A stretch of 64,000 nt of DNA, from assembly GCA_044222185.1 (NCBI GenBank), contig JBGANV010000002.1, forward strand, positions 608,001 to 672,000. The letters are read 5' to 3'. A model generated the notes under the pieces. That model had not been told where the DNA came from, did not search any database, and was given only the letters and a program-made list of their open reading frames with translations. This DNA comes from Planctomycetota bacterium (GTDB lineage Bacteria > Planctomycetota > GCA-002687715 > CAIWVZ01). The position numbers and the translations under genes were made by a program. Position 1 is the stretch's first letter; each line of letters opens with the position of its first letter. Shown piece after piece: positions 19,560 through 30,273 of this stretch.

Positions 19560-22500
19560 ATGAGCGCTGCAATCGTCCGCTGGATCCTCTTCCTGACGAC
19601 ACTCATGACGGTGCCGTTCCTGCCCGCGAAAGACCCGATGGCGCCACCGCCGGCGCCGCCACCCCTCCGGATTCCGGCGACGCCGCCGCGCGTGTTCTGC
19701 TTCCGCGTGACCGACATCGAGCGGGTCCCGGGGACGACGAGTTCGTTCGTCTTCGAGTTCGAGGTCCTGAACTGGACCGGTGTTCCCGTTCACGGGCTGA
19801 TGATGGCCGTCACGACGGCGACCACGAAGGTGGGTGCGACGGGGTTCCCGAACATCTCCTGGACGACGATTCCCGCGTTGGACATCCCGGGCGTCGCGTT
19901 CGGCGGAGCGAGCATCGACTCGGACGGCCGCGGCGGCGCCGTGGGGCAACCTCCGGGCGCCAACGAGATCGGGGTCGGTGTATTCGATTCGCCCGCGATC
20001 CACAGTGGCCGTGGACGTGGGGACCTCGGCCCCGGCGTCGCGAGCAACGATTGGATCGCGACGCTCTCCACGCCGACGCTCGCAACCTGGGGAACGGCTG
20101 CAGTCGGCACGCCGGTTCCGCCGCGCGACGTCATGACCGCCATGATCGGAGGCGATCTGCGAAACTGCTGGGAAGCCACGAACGCCGTCGCGCGCCTGGT
20201 ACCGGGTGCGCGTCTCACGGCGGTCACCGGGCCGGCCGTTCCCGTGAACCCGAGCGTCTTCGGCTGCGGCGGCCGACCTCCGTTCGTCGACGGCGTCGAC
20301 GCGCTGGGCGATCTCTCCGCCGACGGTGGACCTGGCGTCATGCCCAATCCGATCCCAGCCGGCACGGGGAACGCACTCGATGGGTTCACCCTCACCATCG
20401 ACGACTTCGACGAGGGCGAGACGCTCTCGTTCAACTGGTTCCTGCTCGACGCGTCGGGGACGCCGATCGGATCGCCACCGACGGGGATCAGCGTTGCTGG
20501 TTGCGTGGGTGCGAGCTGTGGCGGCCCACTCCCCGCTCCGCTGACGTGCTGCGGGCTCCAGGGCAACGGCAACCCGATGGGCTACGGAACGTTCACACTC
20601 GAGCGCCTTCCGCCGGCGATTCCGATCCCGCCCGGGGCGGATCCGGCACTGTTTGGGATGGCCGGCGTCACCCAAACCCCCTACGAGTTCTACGACGGTG
20701 TGTTCGCGTTGCCGAATCCGACGCAGTTCGCTGCGGAGTTCGGATCCGGTCTCACGGGGCCGTTCATGAACGCGAGTGACAACCTGTTCGGCGTGATCCC
20801 CAACACCGCGCCGTACTGCGCCGTGGTGCCGGCGAACGGCGGTGTCGCCGATCCGGGCTTCGATGGCCAGGTGGGCGGCCCGACGCTTGCACCGCCCTGG
20901 TCCGCCTTCACGGGCCCCAACATTCCGAACGCGGCGACGATCGAGACGCGAACGAGCAGCGACGGCGCCGGCTTCCCGAGAGCGGGCCGGAACTGGCTTC
21001 GGATGGTGTCGTCCGGGTTGACGTTCGCGGCGCAGCCCAGCGGGTTCTCCTGCGGCTTCCAACAAGGAACCGTGACCGAAGTCCGTCAGACGCTCGTGAT
21101 CCCCCAGCTTTCGAGCAACGCCGTCATGAGCTTCGCGTGGACGTGGCAATCGGGCGAGGCGCCGCAGAACGGCACGTTCGACGACTTCGCCACCATCGAC
21201 CTCGTCGACGTGACGTTCTCCTCCTGCCCGCAGCACGTGCAGAACCTCCTGTTCGTCGATTCGAACGCGAGCCTGTCGCTCACGAACATCCCCGGTTCGG
21301 CCGTGCCGCCCGCCGGTGTGATCGTGCCGTTCGTCAACACCGGCACGAAGTGGGAAGTGGCTCCCGTGGGCCCGAAGCGCGCACTCGTGCCGATTCCCGC
21401 GTCCCTCAGCGGACGCACGCTCGAGCTTCGCATCGTCTGCGGAAATGCGGGCGCGGCGATCAACAACGTCTCCGTGTTGAAGGTCGACGAGATCTACCTC
21501 CTCGACGCGGTTGCGTGCGCCCAGCCCAACACTCCGTTCGCCGGGTTCGCCTTCGCCGGCGGCTCGGGGTGCGCGCCCACGACGGTCCAGCCCGGCTTCC
21601 GCAGCTACGCACCGGGGGAGACCATGGTGGCCACGTGCTTCGGCAACGCCAACGCGCCGTTCATGTTGATCGCGGGGTCGGCCGTCTCTCACGGTTCCGT
21701 GATCGCTCCGTTCGGTGTGTTGAACTTGAGTCCGGCGCTTTCGCTGATGCCGATCGTCGACGGAATCGGCAGCGGCGCTCCTCCCGGTTCGCTCGGCAAC
21801 ACGGGAAGCCTCGGCGTGCAGTCCGTGAACTTCACGATGCCGGCGCTTCCGACGGGGCCCTTCGCGGGGTTCCAGGCGGTCGTGACCGACCCGGGCTCTT
21901 CATCGGGATTCACTCTGACCGCGGCCACGCACATCAACGTCGAGAACGGGATCCCTTCCAACTTCGTCGGCACGACGATCGTCTCCATTCCCGGGAACGG
22001 TTCCGTGTTCGTTCCGTTCGGCTCGGGCTTCACGTTCCCGTACTACGGCGTGGCGCGGACCGGCGTCTTCGTGAACGAGAACGGCACGCTCTCGTTCGGG
22101 GCGGCCTTGCCGACGGCTGTGGAGTCGGTCGCGGCGCTCACCAGCGCGCCGGCGAAGATCGCCGTGATGTGGGATGACTACGACACCTCGGTCGCCGGGC
22201 AGATCGCCTACGCGCAAACCCCCACGACGTTCACGGTGTCTTGGACGAACGTGCGGCAGACCGGAGCGGCATCGACGGACTCGAGCACGTTCGGCGTGAT
22301 CCTCGAAAGCAACGGATCGATTCGCATGGCTTGGGGGCGCGTGGACTCGTCCGACGGCATCATCGGAATCTCCAACGGCGCGCCGACGCCGCCGGCCAAG
22401 TCGTTCACGTGGTTCTCCCAACTCGGGACGATCACGGGAGCGGCAGGGCAGGCGCTCTACGAGCAGTGGCCGCAGCCCGGGTCGGGATTCTGCCCGCCAG

Positions 22501-22571
22501 CCGGCGGCACGATCGTGATCCGCCCGATCCGACCGGGCGCCGTCGCCGGCGCGAGCGGGTATCGACTGTGA
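19560..22571 (+). CDS. Large secreted protein with C-terminal NIDO-like domain
   Basis: AAAGGAGA RBS and a signal peptide. The C-terminal FTFPYYG...VFVNENGTLSFG...IAVMWDDYD resembles NIDO. The N-terminal ~650 aa are not recognised. Confidence 0.75.
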   Translation: MSAAIVRWILFLTTLMTVPFLPAKDPMAPPPAPPPLRIPATPPRVFCFRVTDIERVPGTTSSFVFEFEVLNWTGVPVHGLMMAVTTATTKVGATGFPNISWTTIPALDIPGVAFGGASIDSDGRGGAVGQPPGANEIGVGVFDSPAIHSGRGRGDLGPGVASNDWIATLSTPTLATWGTAAVGTPVPPRDVMTAMIGGDLRNCWEATNAVARLVPGARLTAVTGPAVPVNPSVFGCGGRPPFVDGVDALGDLSADGGPGVMPNPIPAGTGNALDGFTLTIDDFDEGETLSFNWFLLDASGTPIGSPPTGISVAGCVGASCGGPLPAPLTCCGLQGNGNPMGYGTFTLERLPPAIPIPPGADPALFGMAGVTQTPYEFYDGVFALPNPTQFAAEFGSGLTGPFMNASDNLFGVIPNTAPYCAVVPANGGVADPGFDGQVGGPTLAPPWSAFTGPNIPNAATIETRTSSDGAGFPRAGRNWLRMVSSGLTFAAQPSGFSCGFQQGTVTEVRQTLVIPQLSSNAVMSFAWTWQSGEAPQNGTFDDFATIDLVDVTFSSCPQHVQNLLFVDSNASLSLTNIPGSAVPPAGVIVPFVNTGTKWEVAPVGPKRALVPIPASLSGRTLELRIVCGNAGAAINNVSVLKVDEIYLLDAVACAQPNTPFAGFAFAGGSGCAPTTVQPGFRSYAPGETMVATCFGNANAPFMLIAGSAVSHGSVIAPFGVLNLSPALSLMPIVDGIGSGAPPGSLGNTGSLGVQSVNFTMPALPTGPFAGFQAVVTDPGSSSGFTLTAATHINVENGIPSNFVGTTIVSIPGNGSVFVPFGSGFTFPYYGVARTGVFVNENGTLSFGAALPTAVESVAALTSAPAKIAVMWDDYDTSVAGQIAYAQTPTTFTVSWTNVRQTGAASTDSSTFGVILESNGSIRMAWGRVDSSDGIIGISNGAPTPPAKSFTWFSQLGTITGAAGQALYEQWPQPGSGFCPPAGGTIVIRPIRPGAVAGASGYRL

Positions 22572-22824
22572 GATCGGACCGTGGGATCGACGATCCCGAC
22601 GACGGCGAGGGGCCCGGCAGAGGGCCCCTCGGCGGCAGCGTTGCTGGGACGGCCGTTTCCAGGCCCCCGGCGTCGCGTCGCCGATCCTGACCGACTCGGC
22701 ACCGCGATGGCTCGCCCTGCGGTGCTTCCCTCTCGACCGGACCCACGGTCCATTCTGAATGTCGCCCGATGACGAATGATGGGCGCCTCCATTGCGTTGT
22801 CATTGCTTCAGGAGGTTTCCATCC

Positions 22825-23850
22825 ATGCGACGTTTCATCGCTCTCACCGTGCTCGTGTCGTTCCTCTCCGGCGGCCTCGTGGCCCAAGACCAGAAGGCCG
22901 AGCTCACCAAGCTGCGCGCCGAGGCGCGGGAGCTCTTCGAGGCGAAGAAGTGGCCCGAGGCCGAGAAGGTCCTCGCCGAGATCCTGAAGATCGACGGCAA
23001 GAACGGAACGACGTGGAGCAACTACGGCTATGCGCTCCACAGCCAGAACAAACTCGATGAGGCTTTGAAGGCCCACGAGAAAGCGGCCGAGTTCGGCAAG
23101 CCGCGCGAGAAGGCGACGGCGACCTACAACATCGCCTGCGTCTACGCGCTGAAGAAGGACAGCAACAAGGCGTTCGAGTACCTGGAGAAGGCCGTCGCTG
23201 CCGGCTTCAACAACGTCGATCAGATCGAAGGCGATTCGGACCTGACGTCGCTCCACGAGGATCCCCGGTACAAGAAGCTCCTGGCGGCCGCGGCCGAGGC
23301 CGGGAAGAACGCGGGCGGTGGGGACGAAGTGATGCTCTTCAACCAGTCGAGTGACCGGAAGAGCACGCGTGCGGCCATGTTCTCGAACACGGGCGGCAAG
23401 GGCGAGATCCACGTGTCGTGGGGCCCGGTCGAGTGGAAGGACGAGTACGAGGCGCACATCAAGTCGGAGAAGGTGACGGGCAAGCGCTGGCGCCTGGGCG
23501 CGGACTTCTGGACGACGCTCGACACGAACCTTCCCATGACCTTCGGCAAGACGACCGTCGCGCCGGGCTATTACTACCTGACGGTCGAGAAGAGGGCCGA
23601 CGGCCAGTTCGTCCTGAACATCCTGGACCCGGTCGAGGTGCGGAAGTCCATGCTCGATGCGTTCCAATCCGGCGTGACGAAGGGCGGCATGGAAGTGACG
23701 CTCACGCACGACGCTGGCGAGGTCGCGAAGAGCCTGACGATGAGCATGGCGATCGACGAGTCGGACAAGACGAAGGGGACCTACACGGTTCGCTTCGGCG
23801 CCCACAAGCTCTCGGCGGCGTTCACCACGTCCGCGCCCGCCAAACAGTGA
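22825..23850 (+). CDS. Secreted TPR + DUF2911-like domain protein
   Basis: GGAGG RBS, signal peptide, and TPRs ending YNIACVYALK...AFEYLEKAVAAGF. The C-terminal IHVSWG...WRLGADFWTTLDT...VAPGYYYL is DUF2911-like. Confidence 0.8.
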   Translation: MRRFIALTVLVSFLSGGLVAQDQKAELTKLRAEARELFEAKKWPEAEKVLAEILKIDGKNGTTWSNYGYALHSQNKLDEALKAHEKAAEFGKPREKATATYNIACVYALKKDSNKAFEYLEKAVAAGFNNVDQIEGDSDLTSLHEDPRYKKLLAAAAEAGKNAGGGDEVMLFNQSSDRKSTRAAMFSNTGGKGEIHVSWGPVEWKDEYEAHIKSEKVTGKRWRLGADFWTTLDTNLPMTFGKTTVAPGYYYLTVEKRADGQFVLNILDPVEVRKSMLDAFQSGVTKGGMEVTLTHDAGEVAKSLTMSMAIDESDKTKGTYTVRFGAHKLSAAFTTSAPAKQ

Positions 23851-23942
23851 GTTTGGCCCGCGATTCATGGGGAAACCGGCCCGTGCGTGGACGCCGTGCG
23901 CGGTGACCGTCGCACCGGGCTTTTGTTCATCGCCTCGGGGCC

Positions 23943-23948
23943 TATAAT
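23943..23948 (+). promoter_or_regulatory. Putative -10 box of tRNA promoter
   Basis: Perfect TATAAT in a GC-rich context, ~35 nt upstream of the tRNA. No clear -35. Confidence 0.5.
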
Positions 23949-23982
23949 GCCGGCCCACTTCGTTCGCGGAGTGGGTTCGCAC

Positions 23983-24068
23983 GCCGAGGTGGCGGAATTG
24001 GCAGACGCACCAGCTTGAGGTGCTGGCCCCCGTAACTGGGGATGCAGGTTCAAGTCCTGTCCTCGGCA
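23983..24068 (+). tRNA. tRNA-Leu(GAG)
   Basis: Acceptor stem GCCGAGG/CCTCGGC, D-arm GGCGGAATTGGCAGACGC, anticodon arm CCAGC-TTGAGGT-GCTGG, long variable arm, and T-arm GCAGGTTCAAGTCCTGT. CCA does not directly follow the discriminator. Confidence 0.95.
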
Positions 24069-24077
24069 CTCCAAATC

Positions 24078-24118
24078 GAAACACGGCCCGGTCTCGCGAC
24101 CGGGCCGTGTTTCTTTTT
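24078..24118 (+). terminator. Rho-independent terminator after tRNA
   Basis: GAAACACGGCCCGGTC-tcgc-GACCGGGCCGTGTTTC followed by TTTTT. Confidence 0.85.
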
Positions 24119-24222
24119 GCCCCCACCGCCGCGGAGTCCGCATGCGCTCGGATCTCACGCGGGTCCGTGCACGCCGAATTCCGGGCTCGGTGGGCTCTGA
24201 GGACCTATGATCGCCGGCAGTC

Positions 24223-26066
24223 TTGGCGTCAGCGATCCACAGTTCACAGGCGGAGTCTCCTCGAGGTGGGAAGGGGACCGGCGGAGCTGCCGGTTCGGTT
24301 TCCGATGGGGACTCGATCCCTCCGATTCGGTGGAACGATCGCCGGCTGCGGTGGCTGCTGGCGGCGACGGTCGTGCTCGCGATCGTCCGTCATGTGCCCT
24401 TCTGGGATCGACCGTGGGACCGTGGGGTCGCCGATGGCAACTCGTCGTTCTACTACGGCGAGCCGGTCCGGGTTTGGAATCGCCTGGGGTTCCGGCACGT
24501 GCTCGGGATGCCATTCCTTGGAGTCCTTCCGACGCGTCCCGTCATCGGCGTTCTGTATGCCCACCATCCTCCGGGCTTCGCGTGGACGACGGGCGTGGGG
24601 ATCCGGCTGCTGGGTTTCAGCGAGCGGAGCTTCCGACAGATTCCCGCGGCGTTCTGTGCGGTGTCGGGCGCGGTGCTCGTCGTGCTGCTCGCGCGACGCG
24701 GCGGGCTGAGGGTGGCGACCGTCGCTGCGGTGCTCTGGCTCTCGGTGCCCATGACGTTCATCTATGGCGCCATGTGCAATCCTGAAGCGGCGACGTGTTG
24801 TTTCGTGCTGATCACCGTGCTGCTTCACGTCGAACTTCGACATCGGCGCGCGTTCGCGTACGTCCCCGTTCTGCTCGCACACGTCGTCGCGACGTGGATG
24901 GATTGGGAGGGACACTTCACGGTGCCGGCCCTGCTCGTGTACGAGTGTCTTCGCCCGCGCGGCGACAGGCGCATCGGCCGGGTCGTCGCTCTTGGCGTCA
25001 TGGGCCTGATCGCGGCCGCAGCGGTGTTCGCAGTTCACGGATTCTGGGCGGACGTGGCTTTCGACGCGAAGGAGGCGTTGGTCGCGGGCCGGAGCTTCAC
25101 GCCACGCTTCGACCTTGCGATGACCGGTTCCTACGTGCTCAGCGGGGTGAAGAACGCGCTTTGGACCGTGCGCGGATTGGGTGAGATTCGCAGCACTCTG
25201 GCCCCGGCTGCGTGGGCGCTGAACCAGGGCGCCACCGTGCTGGAGATGCACACGATCCCCGTGATCCTCGCTGCGGTCGCGGGCGTGCTGTGTCGCGTGG
25301 TGTCGCGTGGTGTCGCGTGGTGTCGCGTGGTGTCGCGTGGTGTCGCGTGGTGTCGCGTGGTGTCGCGTGGTGTCGCGTGGTGTCGCGTGGTGTCGCGTGG
25401 TGTCGCGTGGTGTCGCGTGGTGTCGCGTGGTGTCGCGTGGTGTCGCGTGGTGAGACCGCGAACGACGCGCTTTCCCTCGGGCTCGCACTGACGATTCCCG
25501 GTGTACTGAACGTCCTGCTGTTCCGCGATCACGCAGTCGGGCACGAGTTCTGGACCTACTACGCCACGCCGGGCATCGTCGTCCTTGCAGCCGTCGCCGC
25601 TTGCCGGCTTCCGAGGACGCCCCTGCTGCTGATCGGTTTCCTCGCGTTGACGATCGTCCTCGCCACGCTCCAGGTTCACCGTCGGTTCGAGGCCTGGCAG
25701 ACGACCGAGTATCGCGACGTCGCCGCGGAGATCGACGCACTCGTCGGCGAAGACGACTCCTTTCTCGTCTGCGACGGTCGATTCCGGCGCGTCACGTACT
25801 ACATGAAGCACCGGCTGATCGCGGGCGACTTCGCGGTCAAGGACCTGATGGACATCCGCGGACTGAAGCTCGCCGGACGGATCCCGAATCCTCTCGTCTT
25901 CGTCGTCACGCCGGCGACGCCTCCGCCCGAGATCCCGGCATTCGAAGCTCAGCTCGCCGCCTTCGGTACGGTCGAGCGCGTCGACCCTGACGTCGTCGCG
26001 GCCCGACTTCCGGTGACCGCCACGATCATCTGCCCAGGGCCGATCTGGCTCGTCCGCAGTCGATAG
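24223..26066 (+). pseudogene. ArnT/PMT-like (GT-C) polytopic membrane glycosyltransferase, frameshifted at a decamer repeat
   Basis: The 5' frame has YAHHPPG, LLGFSERSFR and several TM helices. The 3' frame continues ETANDALSLGLAL...HEFWTYY...YYMKH. The two frames meet at the repeat tract. The start is approximate. Confidence 0.7.
25291..25450 (+). repeat. Perfect tandem repeat (TGTCGCGTGG)x16
   Basis: Sixteen identical 10-bp units counted directly. Confidence 0.98.
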
Positions 26067-26082
26067 GCGGCACCGCGGCGCC

Positions 26083-26325
26083 TCACATCTTGCTGTGCGA
26101 GCCGTCGCAGAATGGCTTGTTGCCCGACTTGCGGCAGCCGCACCAGGCGACCGTCTTGGCCTCCTTCAGTTCGGTCCGCATGGGCGCGAACCCGGTTCCT
26201 TTGTGGGAGCCGTCGCAGAACGGTTGGGTCTTCGACGTCCCGCACGAGCACCAGGCGTAGGTCCCCGGCTGCTCGCCCTTCACGTAAGGCATCTTCTGCG
26301 TGCACTTCGGCAGTTCATTGGTCAT
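26083..26325 (-). CDS. CDGSH iron-sulfur domain protein (two motifs)
   Basis: [17 protein letters not shown] and [25 protein letters not shown]. Confidence 0.93.
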   Translation of the reverse strand: MTNELPKCTQKMPYVKGEQPGTYAWCSCGTSKTQPFCDGSHKGTGFAPMRTELKEAKTVAWCGCRKSGNKPFCDGSHSKM

Positions 26326-26440
26326 CGCATCACCTTCTTCATCTGAGATCGGGTCCGTGGCGCGCCCGTTTGGAGCGCCACAGGCCGCTTCTATACTCGA
26401 CCGCTTCGTCCGCGAGAAGGCGGGAAGCGCCGAGGTCATC

Positions 26441-27832
<1,392 letters not shown>

Positions 27833-28031
27833 CCCGGGCGACCCGCCCGACGCCGCAGCGGCGCCACGACGTGAGAACGCGCGGGCGGGGGGGCGAGAAC
27901 GTGAGAACGTAAGAATGCGTGGGGCGGCGGCACGCCGCGCCGCCGCACGTCGCGCCGCATCGCATCCCGCCACGCCGAAACGACGCCGCCACGGAGCGCC
28001 GCACGACCGCGAGCGAAGCGAGCGCGCGTGC

Positions 28032-28241
28032 GGCAGGATCGCCGGTCGTCTCGACCGGTCCGGCCGATGCGAGTTCGCGGGCGTGGCTTTCGAGGATCAT
28101 GCCGACGTTCGGGAACTCGCACCGGGCCGCGCGTTCGCGACGTGCGACGGAGTCGACGGTCGTCGGTGTCGGAATGATCATCGGATGTGCCGTGGCGGAT
28201 TGCCCTCGGCCGGCCCGGTCGAGACGACCGGCGATCCTGCC
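28032..28241. repeat. 36-bp inverted repeat pair (MITE/REP-like)
   Basis: 28032-28067 (GGCAGGATCGCCGGTCGTCTCGACCGGTCCGGCCGA) is the reverse complement of 28206-28241 with one mismatch. Confidence 0.85.
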
Positions 28242-28283
28242 AGAGGCCCGGCGCTGCGCGCCGGGTCCTCTGGCGCTCCTCGC
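28217..28283. repeat. REP-like palindromic repeat, copy 1
   Basis: ~67-bp unit containing the hairpin GCCAGAGGCCCGGCGC-tgc-GCGCCGGGTCCTCTGGC. A near-identical copy lies at 30189-30255. Confidence 0.85.
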
Positions 28284-28768
28284 TACACGTCGCCGGGGAC
28301 GAGCGTCCAGCCGCCGAGGGAGAAACCAATGACCTGGGCACTGGAAGTCGAGGCGCCGATTTCCAACACGGAACCCGGGGCTACCACGATTGGGGGAGAG
28401 AAGTCGACACTGCTCGATCCGGCCCCGCTGGCGGCCAGGTTGATGCGTCTGGTGACGATCTGATTGTCTACGCGGACGGTGATCCGATCTGAACCCGGGA
28501 AGCCCCACGCGGGCGTGATCTGTGAGATTGCAGCCCCGGACGTTGGCGGGAACTGGAGGCGCACTCCGTAAGTCGGGTTTTCACCCGGAATGGTGAACAG
28601 CTGCGTCGCGCCTTCCCCATACGCCTGAAACCCCCGATTCAACGGCAGCTCTGCCAGCGTGATCGGACCCGTGCGCAGCGCACGCGGTGAGCCGAGCGCG
28701 GTGACGGCGAACGACGTGAGGACGAGGAACAACGCTGCGGACACCAAACCAATCGCGGCACTCTTCAT
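28283..28768 (-). CDS. Hypothetical secreted protein
   Basis: AAGGAG RBS and a signal-like N-terminus (MKSAAIGLVSAALFLVL). 161 aa, beta-rich. Confidence 0.7.
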   Translation of the reverse strand: MKSAAIGLVSAALFLVLTSFAVTALGSPRALRTGPITLAELPLNRGFQAYGEGATQLFTIPGENPTYGVRLQFPPTSGAAISQITPAWGFPGSDRITVRVDNQIVTRRINLAASGAGSSSVDFSPPIVVAPGSVLEIGASTSSAQVIGFSLGGWTLVPGDV

Positions 28769-28793
28769 GGGAGCGACTCCTTAGTCTTGAGAT

Positions 28794-30053
28794 TCAGTAG
28801 CCCAGCACGACGTGAAGCCCGTTCGTCGACGCGAGCCCGGTCGACTGAAGCACGAACGCCTGGAAGTCGGCGACGAGACACGCGAGCGACGGGTCATTCG
28901 CAATCGGCGTGCTGAACGTCCACGTGCCCGTCGCATCCGTCGTGATGACGTTGAACAGCGTCAGCGGCGGATTCTGGAGCACGAGTGAACATCCACCGGG
29001 CAGCACCACGGGCGGCGCCGCGTTGCCGGTGAAGAGAAAGCCGATCGCTCCTGGCGTCGAATTGGCCAACGTCACCGTGCCCGTCGTCCCGAGCAGCGGC
29101 AGCGTGGATGAGAGCGTCGGCGCCGGCGTTCCGCAGCTGACACCGAACGCCTGAGTCGCCGCCTGAACGGCCGTGACCAGCGTGAACGTCCCGCCCGGGC
29201 TGCCGCTCGCCGCCGCGACGTTGATCCGGTACACCTGGCCGGCCGTGGCGCCAACCGTCAGGCGCGAGCGGGTCCCGCAGCCATTGTCGTCGCACGCCAC
29301 GAGCACGAGGTTCGAGCACGGCCCGCTGAACACGCGCAAGACCGAATCGAAGCTGGCCGCGCCACCATCCGACGGGCACAGCGATACGAGCACGGACGCC
29401 GTGCACGTCGCCGTGTAGGTGTACCAGACGTCCTTTGCGACACCGCCGCACGGTGCCAGCGCGCCGCCCGACAGCGTGGCGTAGAGATTGGTGCCCGGCG
29501 TGGATCCGCTCGTGATCGGCGTCGCATCCGCGCACAGGTCATTCGCCGGGCGGATGTTCACCGTGTAGTCCTTCACGCTTCCCGATAGCGATGACCCGCA
29601 CGGGTAGTTCGGCGTCACGTTCGCCCGCAGCCGCAACCGCGTCGTCAGCGCCGACCCCGGCGGCGCCGTGATCGTGCCCGAGTACGTGCGCGTCGTTCCC
29701 GTTCCCGGATCGAGTGCGAGTGCCACGCCCTCGCTTGCGTCGATGAAGTCCCCGTCGCCGTTCCAGTCGACGTAGACCGAGACGAGGATCGGCAGCAGGA
29801 TGTTCGAGAACCAGTTGGACACGGTCACGCTGACCGGCTGCGGCACTCCCGTCGTCAGCGTGGCGAACTGCGCCGTTCGGTCCTCGTATCCGCCGCACGG
29901 ATACGAGTCGTTGATCGCCTCGAACGTGAAGTGACTCGCGAACTCACCTCCGCCGCACGGAAACGTGATCGACGCCGCGCAGTACTGGCCCGCGGCCTGG
30001 AGCGCGAGCACGGTGGACAGGAGCACCGAGAGCCCGAAGCGATGGAACCCCAT
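28794..30053 (-). CDS. Secreted GEVED-domain protein
   Basis: AGGAGG RBS and signal peptide. VYVDWNGDGDFIDASE...TTRLRLR...SGSVKDYTVNI is GEVED-like. It is followed by a PANDLCADATPI Cys-containing module and the shared C-terminal module. Confidence 0.8.
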   Translation of the reverse strand: MGFHRFGLSVLLSTVLALQAAGQYCAASITFPCGGGEFASHFTFEAINDSYPCGGYEDRTAQFATLTTGVPQPVSVTVSNWFSNILLPILVSVYVDWNGDGDFIDASEGVALALDPGTGTTRTYSGTITAPPGSALTTRLRLRANVTPNYPCGSSLSGSVKDYTVNIRPANDLCADATPITSGSTPGTNLYATLSGGALAPCGGVAKDVWYTYTATCTASVLVSLCPSDGGAASFDSVLRVFSGPCSNLVLVACDDNGCGTRSRLTVGATAGQVYRINVAAASGSPGGTFTLVTAVQAATQAFGVSCGTPAPTLSSTLPLLGTTGTVTLANSTPGAIGFLFTGNAAPPVVLPGGCSLVLQNPPLTLFNVITTDATGTWTFSTPIANDPSLACLVADFQAFVLQSTGLASTNGLHVVLGY

Positions 30054-30188
30054 GACGACCTCCTTTGAGATCGCCGAGCATAAGGGCGACGGCCGCAGGG
30101 TCGTTTCGGAATCCGGTCGGCCGAGCTGCCGGCGTCGATGATGGCATGAACATCGCAGGTGCGGTGGCGAGCGGACGTCGGTCGGAGC

Positions 30189-30255
30189 GGTCGGGACGAC
30201 TGGCGGTCCTGCCAGAGGCCCGGCGCTGCGCGCCGGGTCCTCTGGCGCTCCTCGC
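30189..30255. repeat. REP-like palindromic repeat, copy 2
   Basis: Direct repeat of 28217-28283 with three substitutions in its 5' part. Confidence 0.85.
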
Positions 30256-30273
30256 GGCGAAGCTTCGCGAGGA

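Noticed and set aside
25291-25450. CRISPR array
   Set aside because: Contiguous 10-bp units with no spacers and no cas genes. The same applies to the 199-bp duplication at 34192-34592.
27870-27920. Short GAGAACGT-like repeats after fumC
   Set aside because: Only 3-4 degenerate 8-mers in low-complexity intergenic DNA, with no supportable function.
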